A stretch of DNA of 64,000 nt, from sequence record MN871444.1; one strand, given 5' to 3'. Below are positions 26,873 through 36,681 of the stretch, piece by piece. The notes beneath the pieces are model-generated. The model saw only the letters and a program-made list of their open reading frames with translations, searched no databases and had not been told where the DNA came from. Position 1 is the stretch's first letter, and every line of letters begins with the position of its first letter. The position numbers were made by a program, and so were the translations under genes.

Positions 26873-27727
26873 GTGAAACAATATTTAAGTGCAGTACAAC
26901 GCATTGTGGATGAAGGTGTGTGGGTAGAAAACAAACGTACCGGTGAACGTTGCCTGACAGTCATTAATGTCGATATGGAATATAATGTCGGCGCAGGTGA
27001 GTTCCCGATGGTAACTACCCGTAAAGTTAATCCGCGTGCCGCCATTGCAGAACTGCTGGGCTATTTGCGGGGATGTAGTAGTGCGGCTGAATTTCGTGCA
27101 CTGGGTACTCGGACCTGGGATGCTAATGCCAATGAAAACAAAGCATGGCTGGCTAACCCCAACCGCAAAGGTACCGACGACATGGGGCGGGTATACGGCA
27201 CCCAACTCGTGGGATGGCAAACGCCTGATGGAAAGCGAGTAAACCAACTTCAAAAGGTATACGACCATTTGAAGGCTGGGATTGATGACCGCGGTGAAAT
27301 CCTCTCGATGTGGAACCCTGGGGAATTCCATCTGGGGTGTCTACGCCCCTGCATGTATGAACATCAATTCTCGCTGTTAGGCGATACTCTTTACCTGAAC
27401 TCCACGCAGCGGAGCAATGACATTTTATTGGGTGGTGTCTTTAATGCTATTCAGGTTTATACCCTGCTGGCACTCATGGCACAAATCACCGGACACAAGC
27501 CCGGGATTGCCAGACATCGTAGCGTCAATACCCACATCTACGAACCGCAATATGAAGTACTCATGCGGGAAGGGCAGCTGACCCGCGAACCGTACCCGGC
27601 ACCCACACTGAAAATCAACCCCTCCATTAAAACGTTGGAAGACGTACTCATGTGGGTCACGATTGACGACTTTGTGGTCGAAGGGTATCAACACCACCCC
27701 GCTATTGTTTATCCGTTCAGCGTATAA
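26873..27727 (+). CDS. thyA: Thymidylate synthase
   Basis: TTRK, LRPCM catalytic Cys, STQRSND, FNAIQ, HIYE and terminal YPFSV. Confidence 0.97.
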   Translation: MKQYLSAVQRIVDEGVWVENKRTGERCLTVINVDMEYNVGAGEFPMVTTRKVNPRAAIAELLGYLRGCSSAAEFRALGTRTWDANANENKAWLANPNRKGTDDMGRVYGTQLVGWQTPDGKRVNQLQKVYDHLKAGIDDRGEILSMWNPGEFHLGCLRPCMYEHQFSLLGDTLYLNSTQRSNDILLGGVFNAIQVYTLLALMAQITGHKPGIARHRSVNTHIYEPQYEVLMREGQLTREPYPAPTLKINPSIKTLEDVLMWVTIDDFVVEGYQHHPAIVYPFSV

Positions 27728-27738
27728 GGTTTAATAAA

Positions 27739-28197
27739 ATGACTGAGTCAGTATTCGTCGGCAAACCCAGACAATTATTGCCGAGTAACTACACACGAGA
27801 TTTGATTAATGGCGATTGTATTACGTGGTGGAGGGATAACCCATATCGCATTTCCCTAGCCAAACGTAATGATGGGTGCCCAGGGTTCCGAGCATCGACT
27901 GAGTTTGATGGGTGGATAGATACCACTACCTACGATGAAGTGGGTTTCTTCGTAAAAGAGGACGGAGTAATTAGGTTTGCCCGAGTTTCACACGCCGATC
28001 TGGAGTGTGGTGACCTTCATGCTCAAGCAATGGTAGAAATATGGAACGTATGTTCAGGTAAGAAATACGAACTGGTGGGTGAAGGTATTGGATGGGCCGC
28101 ATGTAAACGTAACCGTAATGATGTTCCTCCTGGGGTTGACTTAAAAGAAGTATGTCGGTTTTATTACCTTGATGAGAATCTAAATCCTATTCCATAA
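27739..28197 (+). CDS. Hypothetical protein
   Basis: ORF in array. Confidence 0.6.
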   Translation: MTESVFVGKPRQLLPSNYTRDLINGDCITWWRDNPYRISLAKRNDGCPGFRASTEFDGWIDTTTYDEVGFFVKEDGVIRFARVSHADLECGDLHAQAMVEIWNVCSGKKYELVGEGIGWAACKRNRNDVPPGVDLKEVCRFYYLDENLNPIP

Positions 28198-28210
28198 TTG
28201 GAGGTCTAAA

Positions 28211-28585
28211 ATGACTGAGTCTATTTCGGAATACCCACTGGCCCTAGAAGGTCAGACATTTATTTACGTCATGCACATGGCTTTTCCAACCAATCCCCGT
28301 GGTAAACACACCCAGGTTAACGTTGCTGAACTTAAAGCAACTAATGTCATTCAGACTGCCGAAAATACCTGGGAGTTTGACTTGACTGGACTACCTGGTC
28401 GATATGAAACCCACTACGGTTGGTCGCTGTGTCCCGATACCCCAGAAAACCGAATCCACATTCACGAGTATCTGGAACTTAGACAGAAACAACTGCAGCT
28501 AGCAGGGCAGTGTGCTGCGGCGCATAGGCGGATTGTATCTTTAAATGTGAGAGAAGATATATCCGACGTTTTCGGAGAAGTTTAG
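28211..28585 (+). CDS. Hypothetical protein
   Basis: GGAGG RBS. Confidence 0.6.
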   Translation: MTESISEYPLALEGQTFIYVMHMAFPTNPRGKHTQVNVAELKATNVIQTAENTWEFDLTGLPGRYETHYGWSLCPDTPENRIHIHEYLELRQKQLQLAGQCAAAHRRIVSLNVREDISDVFGEV

Positions 28586-28598
28586 TCCCGGTGGTTAT

Positions 28599-28964
28599 AT
28601 GCATATAGCTTCTTGCCCTACCTGCCACAAATACACATGCATTTGTGGTAAACAATATTGCCTTCTATCCGATGAAGACTTAGAGTCACTCATCAATGCT
28701 CTGCGAGACCTACGGCGTACCCGTCAAGGTGATGGAACTAATATGGCAGAGGTAAGTCCAGGAATGTACGTGGTGCGCACCCAAGCTGGATTTAAGCAAG
28801 CGTTACGACACTACGTCGACGACGATGTAAAATTTAAATCCCTGTTGGAGTATCCCCACAACTACCCGACTTCCTATCCATCATTGGTTAGCATTTCCAT
28901 CGAGTATCGTGGCTACGAATATTTCAAAGTCAATACCGTACACCTTAATTCCATAGTGGGTTAA
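28599..28964 (+). CDS. Hypothetical protein (paralog of 44464)
   Basis: PGMYVV...FKQAL...PTSYPSLV. Confidence 0.6.
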   Translation: MHIASCPTCHKYTCICGKQYCLLSDEDLESLINALRDLRRTRQGDGTNMAEVSPGMYVVRTQAGFKQALRHYVDDDVKFKSLLEYPHNYPTSYPSLVSISIEYRGYEYFKVNTVHLNSIVG

Positions 28965-28975
28965 CGACATAAAAG

Positions 28976-28995
28976 GGGAGGGCGAAAGCCCTCCC
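28976..28995 (+). terminator. Hairpin GGGAGGGC-GAAA-GCCCTCCC
   Basis: Perfect stem flanked by GACATA and TATGTTG. Confidence 0.8.
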
Positions 28996-29017
28996 GATAT
29001 GTTGTTAGTTTTTATAA

Positions 29018-29407
29018 ATGGGATTTAAAATATACCCGAGGAAACTTAAAATGGCCCTCTTTACTTTAAAATATCCTGAAGTAGCTGCCCTGAGAATTAG
29101 CGATATTTCACCAAGCTTTTCTGGACACGATATCACGCTGGAAGATGGTAGTACCCACTACGCGCATAGCGTACCGAGTAATATCGGTCCAGGAGATTAT
29201 CTTATTTTTATGGATGACGTGGTTTATAATGATTATTCTAGTGATTTTATTTTAATGGAACAAAGTCAATTTGAATCCATGTTTGTTAAAAAACAAACCC
29301 AAATAATCTGCAGACGCTGCGGCCTCGATATTTCTCCAGTATCAAATATCGAGACTACGTGCCAATGTCATCCGAGCAAAGTAGAGATGGTTACCATCAC
29401 CAAATAA
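29018..29407 (+). CDS. Hypothetical protein
   Basis: PGDYLI motif; start uncertain. Confidence 0.55.
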   Translation: MGFKIYPRKLKMALFTLKYPEVAALRISDISPSFSGHDITLEDGSTHYAHSVPSNIGPGDYLIFMDDVVYNDYSSDFILMEQSQFESMFVKKQTQIICRRCGLDISPVSNIETTCQCHPSKVEMVTITK

Positions 29408-29417
29408 AAGAGAGGGT

Positions 29418-29771
29418 GTGATGATTTCACTCGATATTTTCCCTAACATCAAAGCAGCGCAAATAAGAGAATTAGAAAGCGCCATCAACACCACTAATCT
29501 TAAAGCCTATTCATGGCATCTTTTTATCAAGACCTATGTCGAAAATCCAACCGCCACGTTAAACTGCCGCAGAATTTCTGTTTCTCGTTCTGGTGAGTTG
29601 ATGGTCTGGGGTGGTAAACCATACGGCCATGTGGATCTTTTATTTACCCAACATGGAATTGAGTTATCAAACGCGCCGGGGATTTATTTATCCCCTCAAG
29701 ATGCAGCAAAATATTTGGATGTCAATACCAATACTTATTTTGTCACCGTTACACCAACTTCCTGGAGCTAA
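29418..29771 (+). CDS. Hypothetical protein
   Basis: ORF in array. Confidence 0.55.
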   Translation: MMISLDIFPNIKAAQIRELESAINTTNLKAYSWHLFIKTYVENPTATLNCRRISVSRSGELMVWGGKPYGHVDLLFTQHGIELSNAPGIYLSPQDAAKYLDVNTNTYFVTVTPTSWS

Positions 29772-29773
29772 AA

Positions 29774-30337
29774 ATGTACATTGATAAAGACGTAAAATTA
29801 GTATCATCGAGTGAAAATGGCGAAGAGCTGGTGGTGGATATTCAGAATGGTAGATTTCGGGTATATGGTGGTTGGAATTGGGGTCCCGCCAATCCTATCC
29901 AGCCCGGACCCATTGAATGTTTGTTCAGGGCACGCCAAGCATTGATTGCGCATCACGTCGATGCTATCCGGACCACCGATGCAGGTAAGGAGTGCGAGGC
30001 CATTTGGTATTTGGATGCAGCATTACATGGCTGGTTATCAGGAGTTCCAATACAACCGTTACCCAAAGAACTTAGGGCTGATGGGTTATTACTCTGTGAT
30101 GGCGTTCAATACCACTACGTGAAAACAACCACGTGGAGAGCATGGGAGGCGGGTCCCATGAACACCACATTTGAATTCATCCCGTGTGGTCAGAGTCACC
30201 CACTGATGGTGGCTTCATTCAACTTTAAATTCACGCATTCCTATTACGACTGGGTAGATTTTGTCGCGGGTAGGAAAACCCCAGAAATGGCGGCGGATAT
30301 ACTAAGTAATTACCTATGTGAAAAAAGAGAAGGTTGA
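29774..30337 (+). CDS. Hypothetical protein
   Basis: GGAG RBS. Confidence 0.6.
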   Translation: MYIDKDVKLVSSSENGEELVVDIQNGRFRVYGGWNWGPANPIQPGPIECLFRARQALIAHHVDAIRTTDAGKECEAIWYLDAALHGWLSGVPIQPLPKELRADGLLLCDGVQYHYVKTTTWRAWEAGPMNTTFEFIPCGQSHPLMVASFNFKFTHSYYDWVDFVAGRKTPEMAADILSNYLCEKREG

Positions 30338-30833
30338 ATCCATGTTGCGTTATGTGTCCCCACAAATGATTTCTACCGAACGCGCTATAGCGTTAACGTG
30401 GCTAACTACCCGACCTGAAACTATAGACCCGTTATTTAAAGATAGTTTATTATTAATTAATCAGCGGTCAATTGAGGTCGTTACCCGATATTCTTGCCAG
30501 GGCCATGCTGATAAAAAACATTATCCCGATCCTTACGTTCAGTTCTTATGTACAAAAGCGGGAGAAGAAGAGTTAACCCAATTCTATTTCAACTACATGA
30601 ATGTAGCACAAAAACTAGGATTGAAAGCACTACATTACGTCAGGCTAAGTCGAACCTGCAAACCTGGAGGCAATGAAAAACAAGATATCAATAAGTGGTT
30701 GCCTGTTTTTATCTGGGCATATCGGGTACAAGGCGACAGCCTGGTGGATAAAGATAATGACCGCAAAATAGCATTAGAAGCTTTTTGCATCGCAGTTGAG
30801 TTAACGTGGCATGCACCCTCGGAGAATAACTAA
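30318..30833 (+). CDS. Hypothetical protein
   Basis: TRYSCQGH motif; start possibly 30342. Confidence 0.6.
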   Translation: MKKEKVESMLRYVSPQMISTERAIALTWLTTRPETIDPLFKDSLLLINQRSIEVVTRYSCQGHADKKHYPDPYVQFLCTKAGEEELTQFYFNYMNVAQKLGLKALHYVRLSRTCKPGGNEKQDINKWLPVFIWAYRVQGDSLVDKDNDRKIALEAFCIAVELTWHAPSENN

Positions 30834-31195
30834 TGTCAACTCACATGTATGTTTGCTCTTACCCCAAAGAAAAACTTCCACCAGAAATACGCACTTCGTG
30901 GAATCTGTATCTCGAGGTGGATCATTACGTGGCCACAGACAGTTGTAAAAAGCAAAACGTTTGTTTGTGGGACCACAAATTAAGTTATATTTACGATGCT
31001 TTTGTCAAATCTTTTCCGAAACATGCCGGGTTTGCGCCAGACATGGAATTTTCAGTCAATGAACAGATGATGCGTACGTTCATCTTGGAAATGGAAACCA
31101 CATACCAAAACGACGGGTATATTGCTGAACTAAAAGGGATAGTTCGTAAGTTTAATTTCGAAACACACTACATGACGATATACGGGGACTGGTGA
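30833..31195 (+). CDS. Hypothetical protein (likely paralog of 22809)
   Basis: TAATG coupling. Confidence 0.6.
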   Translation: MSTHMYVCSYPKEKLPPEIRTSWNLYLEVDHYVATDSCKKQNVCLWDHKLSYIYDAFVKSFPKHAGFAPDMEFSVNEQMMRTFILEMETTYQNDGYIAELKGIVRKFNFETHYMTIYGDW

Positions 31196-31200
31196 TTGTG

Positions 31201-31220
31201 GGGTGGGGGAAAGCCCACCC
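31201..31220 (+). terminator. GC hairpin followed by TATGCCG
   Basis: GGGTGGG...CCCACCC then ATCTATGCCG. Confidence 0.7.
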
Positions 31221-31275
31221 ATCTATGCCGTTATACAAAAATCACAGATAGCTTGAATAATAGAGGAGGTGGTTT

Positions 31276-31602
31276 ATGAGCACATTAAAGTCCGGTATGC
31301 TGGCTATGGTGGTAGGATTGAAAAAGGACCCGCATTTAAATGGTCAGTGCGTTGTGTTGGTTGAATTGGTCAATCCTGGGCAAGACTTCATCATCCCCAA
31401 CACAGAGTATTCTAATCGCCTGCACTCCAAGTATCCGGCTTCTTGGGTGTGTACTGGCGAATTACCTAAACGTATCCCATCGCCGGTAGGTGGGTGGGGA
31501 TTATTCAAACCAGAAAACCTAATGCCGTTAGAAGATGGCAATCATCACTTCTGGGATGATGCTGGGATTTATACCCCCCAATCCACAACGGTTCCAGGGT
31601 GA
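31276..31602 (+). CDS. Hypothetical protein (distant member of the MKPLEPGCLA family)
   Basis: LKSGMLAMVVG...NLMPLED; GAGGAGG RBS. Confidence 0.65.
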   Translation: MSTLKSGMLAMVVGLKKDPHLNGQCVVLVELVNPGQDFIIPNTEYSNRLHSKYPASWVCTGELPKRIPSPVGGWGLFKPENLMPLEDGNHHFWDDAGIYTPQSTTVPG

Positions 31603-31605
31603 GTT

Positions 31606-32184
31606 ATGCACGATATATTGACCTTAAAGGAATATTTTTGTGGTGGGGAGTATCTGCAAAATATCCTTTTTTATAGGAAATGGTGCCATCATGGGACTGG
31701 GTTTGAACAATTCATTTCTGAACATGTTTATCCTAAAGTGCCTTACGGTGAATTAGATTACGATTCGATTGTCGATTCCCCAGAATTTATTGACCGACTA
31801 ACCAAATGGATACCCAATCGTTTTCATTTTGCTTGCACTATGCTACTTCAGGATTTAAACAAATGTAAAGTAACTGAATCCACTTGGGAAATTAACCGGG
31901 CAATAAGATGCCCTTCTACAAGTATAGACTCGTTATTTAGTAAGCCCAAATATTACGGAAAATATTGGTCCGCGGGTATAGTCCCCACCCCATGGGGTAT
32001 CGGAGAATCAGTAGTAAATGACACAACTGTCTGGATTACCGCTAACGCACAAACCAAAGACATAAATTGGTTGGAGACCGTACGTTCTAGAATGGACTTT
32101 GACAATGGTGACGATGAGCACGAAATCCAGTTATTTGAAGGCACTATATTACCTGATTTCACTTATTCTGCAATAGCTCGTTAA
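31606..32184 (+). CDS. Hypothetical protein
   Basis: ORF in array. Confidence 0.6.
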   Translation: MHDILTLKEYFCGGEYLQNILFYRKWCHHGTGFEQFISEHVYPKVPYGELDYDSIVDSPEFIDRLTKWIPNRFHFACTMLLQDLNKCKVTESTWEINRAIRCPSTSIDSLFSKPKYYGKYWSAGIVPTPWGIGESVVNDTTVWITANAQTKDINWLETVRSRMDFDNGDDEHEIQLFEGTILPDFTYSAIAR

Positions 32185-32195
32185 GGAGTTGCCAA

Positions 32196-32675
32196 ATGCA
32201 GCTGGCCCTTCAAAAAGCAGTGGAGTTCTTTTCTGAATTATCGAGATACCCATCCACGATATTAATTATTAGCAGAACCAACCTATTCGAGCGGCCCATG
32301 GACTGCGATAGAAATGTCTATTCTGGTTCGATTGTACCGAACGTCATTACTTCACCCCGCAAAATAAATACCCTACACCTGTCAATCGATGGTGCTAATC
32401 TTAGTATAGCAACACATTACGATAGTGAGGTGGATTTAATCGATGGTCAGATAGAACTTACCATCCAGATTGGATTTTTATCTGGCGAAGATAAGTTGTT
32501 CCGTGGGATAAACAGAGCAAAAAAGGAATTAGAGTCCCTGTTGGATGAAACAATAAACAGATTACTCAGCCCTGGATATACCCCAATCAATCCACATCAA
32601 ATCTGTGAACGGATAATTGATTTGATAAAACAGGTCGACAAATATCAGGTGAGCACAAATGAAAATATGGCATAG
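32196..32675 (+). CDS. Hypothetical protein
   Basis: AAGGAG RBS. Confidence 0.6.
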   Translation: MQLALQKAVEFFSELSRYPSTILIISRTNLFERPMDCDRNVYSGSIVPNVITSPRKINTLHLSIDGANLSIATHYDSEVDLIDGQIELTIQIGFLSGEDKLFRGINRAKKELESLLDETINRLLSPGYTPINPHQICERIIDLIKQVDKYQVSTNENMA

Positions 32676-32817
32676 GTTGTTTTCTACGTTGGTAGCAATA
32701 CTGATGGTTCTCGTCGTCATCGTGGGGTGGTATGACTGGCCATGGATTGCCCAAAACATCGGCGTCATTACCTTTGCTTTAGCTATCGGGTATGGCGCAA
32801 GTAAATTCACTTCTTAA
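32659..32817 (+). CDS. Small membrane protein (52 aa, not in track)
   Basis: Two hydrophobic helices; fills the gap. Confidence 0.55.
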   Translation: MKIWHRLFSTLVAILMVLVVIVGWYDWPWIAQNIGVITFALAIGYGASKFTS

Positions 32818-32827
32818 AGGGGGAACT

Positions 32828-33073
32828 ATGCCGCACGAACTAACGAGATACCAAGAAGGTCTCCCACACCCGTGGAATGGGCTATCCCACAAAAAGAGAC
32901 CCCACGCTAAAAGCGTAGAGGTTATGTTACTATCGACGTGGTATCGGATTTATAAGGAAGAATTGCATAAAAAGAAATACCACATTTTCGATAAAACGCC
33001 GGAAGGTAAACGCTTGCGTAAATTGCGTAAATCGCAGATAGCAGCAACCAAAAACAAACTGAATTTTAGTTAA
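32828..33073 (+). CDS. Small basic protein
   Basis: AGGGGG RBS with ATG 32828. Confidence 0.55.
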   Translation: MPHELTRYQEGLPHPWNGLSHKKRPHAKSVEVMLLSTWYRIYKEELHKKKYHIFDKTPEGKRLRKLRKSQIAATKNKLNFS

Positions 33074-33084
33074 AGGGGAACACC

Positions 33085-33483
33085 ATGAGCAATAAATTTA
33101 CCAAACAAAAATTCAACCCACTGGAACTGATTGAAAAAATGACGGGAGTAAATTCATCCCACATACCCCATATCGCGTATGACCCAACCCTACGACATGC
33201 AGATTGCGATTATCGCATCATCCGCCAGCAATCCAACGACGGGACGCTGATCTTTACCCACGACCTTCTTTTGAAGACGTTAGCCCCCGTGGTAGAAAAA
33301 ACGTCGTATTTTAAAGATAACCCCCCAGAGGAAGGCCGGACATTAAAAGATATCAAATACACCGTAGGACCGCTTTGGTTATCCACTGTGTTTGGTACAG
33401 TAGACCTTCCAGCGGGGCATTATCCGGGACAGCGTGAACGTACCCGCATGCCAGTTAAAGTCGAATATATTTACGCGGAGTAA
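33085..33483 (+). CDS. Hypothetical protein
   Basis: AGGGG RBS. Confidence 0.6.
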   Translation: MSNKFTKQKFNPLELIEKMTGVNSSHIPHIAYDPTLRHADCDYRIIRQQSNDGTLIFTHDLLLKTLAPVVEKTSYFKDNPPEEGRTLKDIKYTVGPLWLSTVFGTVDLPAGHYPGQRERTRMPVKVEYIYAE

Positions 33484-33486
33484 CTC

Positions 33487-34116
33487 ATGGAAACAGGAAA
33501 AAGACAAACCATCATTATGGAAACTGCATTGGCCAATGGCGGTAAATTACTGATGTTTGTAGATCGACCCATCTACGATCACTCCGACACTACCTTAAAG
33601 GGTGTGGGTGATAATTTTTATTACTACGACATGCATACCTGCCCTATCAATTGGTTAGATGAGGTAAGGCAAGTTGCTTACGTTAACCCCGAAGGTCATG
33701 TAGAAATGGACCCACACGGTACGATGCGCTTTGCTGGGGTAGTTCACGACACTGACGCCCCACAAGGCTGTATGGACCGGGATGATTATTATCTCGGCAT
33801 GGCATGTGGATATGTGCGTGGAGAAAAACAGGCCGTTGAATTCCTGGATGGGATTTCTTCGGGGATGCCTAACGGGGAGTTACGTAAACGTTGGTTGGAA
33901 ATAATTTCCTCCACCTCAGCGCTGATTTCGCTGGCCAAAAATCTCGTCATTCGTGACGAGGAATTGGTCTTAGAAGTAACCAAAATGGGTTATAATCTCA
34001 GCCTTCTGGGCGGATGCCCGTTTCTGGAAGTGGGCTTCCCACCCACAGATGAATATGACCGGGTAAAAGTAATAGCCGAATCAGAAGTATTGCAGGCAGG
34101 CTGGCGAGGTCAATAA
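33487..34116 (+). CDS. Hypothetical protein
   Basis: HTCP..DPHG motif. Confidence 0.6.
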   Translation: METGKRQTIIMETALANGGKLLMFVDRPIYDHSDTTLKGVGDNFYYYDMHTCPINWLDEVRQVAYVNPEGHVEMDPHGTMRFAGVVHDTDAPQGCMDRDDYYLGMACGYVRGEKQAVEFLDGISSGMPNGELRKRWLEIISSTSALISLAKNLVIRDEELVLEVTKMGYNLSLLGGCPFLEVGFPPTDEYDRVKVIAESEVLQAGWRGQ

Positions 34117-34117
34117 C

Positions 34118-34477
34118 GTGGAAAGTAAGGAATGGAAAATCAGTGCGGGAAATTACCAGGCAGACTGGACTAAATTACACAAGGGACTGAAAAAGATAGC
34201 AGACCCCATCACCGGCATTAGTGTGGTGGGTTGGACCGCGTACGATACCACAAATGGCGGTTGTATGGTCAAAGGCAGTGACCATAATGCCAACACCAAC
34301 ATCTCCGATTTTTTCACAGTACCAAACATCATCCCTAACCTATCCGACCTCATTCGTCATATCGATCAATCTGGTGGTACCAGAGTCCCGATGTGGAATG
34401 GGAGTATTAAAATGGATTTGGTTGTTCGGGTGACCTACGGTAAACAAAAAATTAAGAAAGGAAAACAATCAAAATGA
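34118..34477 (+). CDS. Hypothetical protein
   Basis: GTG start, GAGG RBS. Confidence 0.55.
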   Translation: MESKEWKISAGNYQADWTKLHKGLKKIADPITGISVVGWTAYDTTNGGCMVKGSDHNANTNISDFFTVPNIIPNLSDLIRHIDQSGGTRVPMWNGSIKMDLVVRVTYGKQKIKKGKQSK

Positions 34478-34716
34478 TCGAATTAGAACCCGCAGATATG
34501 CAAGACATGAAAGATACCTTAAACGATGTGCTTATTGAAATGGGCCTTGACCCGGATAAGTACCTCGACCGTGCCAGCGACATCGTGCTGAACCACGTTC
34601 CAAACCACATCGTCGCGACTGCCATTGAGTGGGGGTGGAACGATACCGTGGTTGGTGATGACTTAGTGGAGTTCATGCGTAGCCACAAAAAGTCATTGAT
34701 TGCACCCACCGTTTGA
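34474..34716 (+). CDS. Small acidic protein
   Basis: ATGA coupling. Confidence 0.55.
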   Translation: MIELEPADMQDMKDTLNDVLIEMGLDPDKYLDRASDIVLNHVPNHIVATAIEWGWNDTVVGDDLVEFMRSHKKSLIAPTV

Positions 34717-34740
34717 CCTCACATCCTCCGGGAACCCCAT

Positions 34741-35247
34741 ATGAAACGAACCCACGACATTAGGCATGCCAGATTTAGAAAATGCCAGCGGATTGTATTA
34801 CTGGTCGGCGCATTGGGACTATCTGCTTGCGATGATGGTAGTTCCACCACGCCATTTTCAACCATCAGTCAGTGCCAACAAACCTACCAATACAGTGCTG
34901 CACAATGCCGTTCCATTTACAACCAGGCAGTGGACCGGGCCAAACTGGAAGGCAAAGCGTACCGTAACCGCCAAGATTGCCTGGACGACAATCGCAATGA
35001 ACCGGATAAATATCAACGCTGTCAGTATACTGCGCATGGTTCATCTCCGCACTATTTTTACGTACCGCGTTACTATAGTTACAGTCCCGGGTCTTACGCA
35101 CAACCGTTTTACCGGTCCAGAACTAACAATGAATTCACGTCGGCTACGGGTAAATCATTTACCTCAAAGTCAGGTGGGTTTAAAAGTACTAGCGTACGTG
35201 GTGGCTTTGGTCGTTCAGTAAGTAGTCATGCTTCTTTTGGTGGATAA
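34741..35247 (+). CDS. YgiB/DUF1190-like lipoprotein
   Basis: MKRTHDIRHARFRK start like enterobacterial YgiB (MKRTKSIRHASFRK), lipobox LSAC, paired Cys and C-terminal RGGFG. Confidence 0.8.
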   Translation: MKRTHDIRHARFRKCQRIVLLVGALGLSACDDGSSTTPFSTISQCQQTYQYSAAQCRSIYNQAVDRAKLEGKAYRNRQDCLDDNRNEPDKYQRCQYTAHGSSPHYFYVPRYYSYSPGSYAQPFYRSRTNNEFTSATGKSFTSKSGGFKSTSVRGGFGRSVSSHASFGG

Positions 35248-35250
35248 ACC

Positions 35251-35273
35251 AGTGGGGGCAATTGCCCCCCACT
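35251..35273. terminator. Hairpin with CAATTG centre
   Basis: AGTGGGGGCAATTGCCCCCCACT. Confidence 0.65.
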
Positions 35274-35291
35274 TTATATTGAGGTAGTATT

Positions 35292-36068
35292 ATGAGCATT
35301 CCAAAAATACACGCTGCTCTTGAACAATTAGAGCATGAGCACAACATCAAGATTTTATATGCGTGTGAGTTGGGTAGTCGTGTTTGGAGGTTTTCTTCAC
35401 CGAATAGCGATTACGATGTTAAATTTATTTATGTGCGCCCTGCCGCTAAGTATTTGGAATTACAACCAGAAAAAGACACTATTTGTGTAAGTATGTCAGA
35501 AGATAATATTAATCTCGTAGGATGGGACCTAAGGAAAGCGTTGACGTCTTTGTCTAAAAGTTCCGCGGGGTTTATAGAATGGTTGCGTAGCCCCACGATT
35601 TATCGTAAAGATGATTATTTTTACGCTGCAATCACCGACCAAATACCCTATTGGTTTTCTACAATAAAAGCCGTACACTGGTATCGTGGACTCGTCTCGA
35701 CTAATTGGAAAAAATACATAGAGGGTAAGCAGGAAGTGCGGTTAAAGAAATACTTTACTGTTATTCGCCCTTTCCTGTGCGCGGAATGGCTACAAAAACA
35801 TGGTACGTTACCTGCAATAACAATCCCAGTTTTGGTAATGCAGGTATTGCCCGAAGACACACCTTTTCGAAGAGCCATTGATGCACTAATGATTCGCATG
35901 CGTGAACGGGAATCATCGGACATAGTGGGTGCGCCGATTCCGGAATTTGAACGACATCTAATCGCTGATTTCTCGCCGATACTATCTATTAAGTCCCACC
36001 AAAATCCTCGGGGTGTCGACATTAGTCAATTAGATGCCATTGCTGCAAAATACATACTGGAGAAATAA
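35292..36068 (+). CDS. Pol-beta-superfamily nucleotidyltransferase (YcgL/RlaP-like)
   Basis: ELGSRVW..SSPNSDYDVKFIY, GWDLRKAL, EWLRSP and KKYFTVIRP. Confidence 0.85.
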   Translation: MSIPKIHAALEQLEHEHNIKILYACELGSRVWRFSSPNSDYDVKFIYVRPAAKYLELQPEKDTICVSMSEDNINLVGWDLRKALTSLSKSSAGFIEWLRSPTIYRKDDYFYAAITDQIPYWFSTIKAVHWYRGLVSTNWKKYIEGKQEVRLKKYFTVIRPFLCAEWLQKHGTLPAITIPVLVMQVLPEDTPFRRAIDALMIRMRERESSDIVGAPIPEFERHLIADFSPILSIKSHQNPRGVDISQLDAIAAKYILEK

Positions 36069-36070
36069 AA

Positions 36071-36589
36071 ATGTTCGACATTGGTGCTGGACAACATATT
36101 GCTTCAGGGCGAATGATCTTTACCGCAGATGCAGAAGAAATTACGGAATATATTAGGTTGGTTGAGATGTGGCCATACAGCAAAAAATCTATGGCTAAAT
36201 TAAAATCAAACCATCCGTTTTTTTCCGATCCCCATTCTAAAGTTCTATTTAGAACCAGTACGGTCATTCCATCGATAATCCCGACACACGCAAGAGATCT
36301 TACTTTACTTGCATCTGGCGAATGGTTGTTTCAATTTGTGGCGGTATCTAGGGCTACATTGGAAACATACGAATTATTTTTAGATTGGGCGCGGCCACAC
36401 CTCACCGCCGATAGTATCGAAACACCATTAATTCGTTTCAGTGATCTAAAACGTAATTTTTGGGGGACTAAATATAAGTGGCATCAGTTATTTATCTCTG
36501 GCACGGATATGATTGTAGAAAAGAAATATTATCCGGTTGAAGATGATAACTGGGAGCGGCCGTGGAATTTGTACAGTAGGAATTATTAA
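36071..36589 (+). CDS. Hypothetical protein
   Basis: GGAG RBS. Confidence 0.6.
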   Translation: MFDIGAGQHIASGRMIFTADAEEITEYIRLVEMWPYSKKSMAKLKSNHPFFSDPHSKVLFRTSTVIPSIIPTHARDLTLLASGEWLFQFVAVSRATLETYELFLDWARPHLTADSIETPLIRFSDLKRNFWGTKYKWHQLFISGTDMIVEKKYYPVEDDNWERPWNLYSRNY

Positions 36590-36645
36590 GAGGACATGAA
36601 ACGTGGTACAGCAAACCCTGGGATTCGTTTGACTAGCGGCATATA

Positions 36646-36665
36646 GGGAGGGCAATTGCCCTCCC
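36646..36665 (-). terminator. Hairpin GGGAGGGC-AATT-GCCCTCCC at a convergent junction
   Basis: Perfect stem; CGGCATA on the left (TATGCCG on minus). Confidence 0.75.
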
Positions 36666-36681
36666 TCGTTTATTATCTTTT

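Noticed and set aside
32145-32152. TATATTAC inside a CDS
   Set aside because: It lies in coding sequence and lacks the ninth T found in all six intergenic copies; it could still be an internal promoter but is unsupported.
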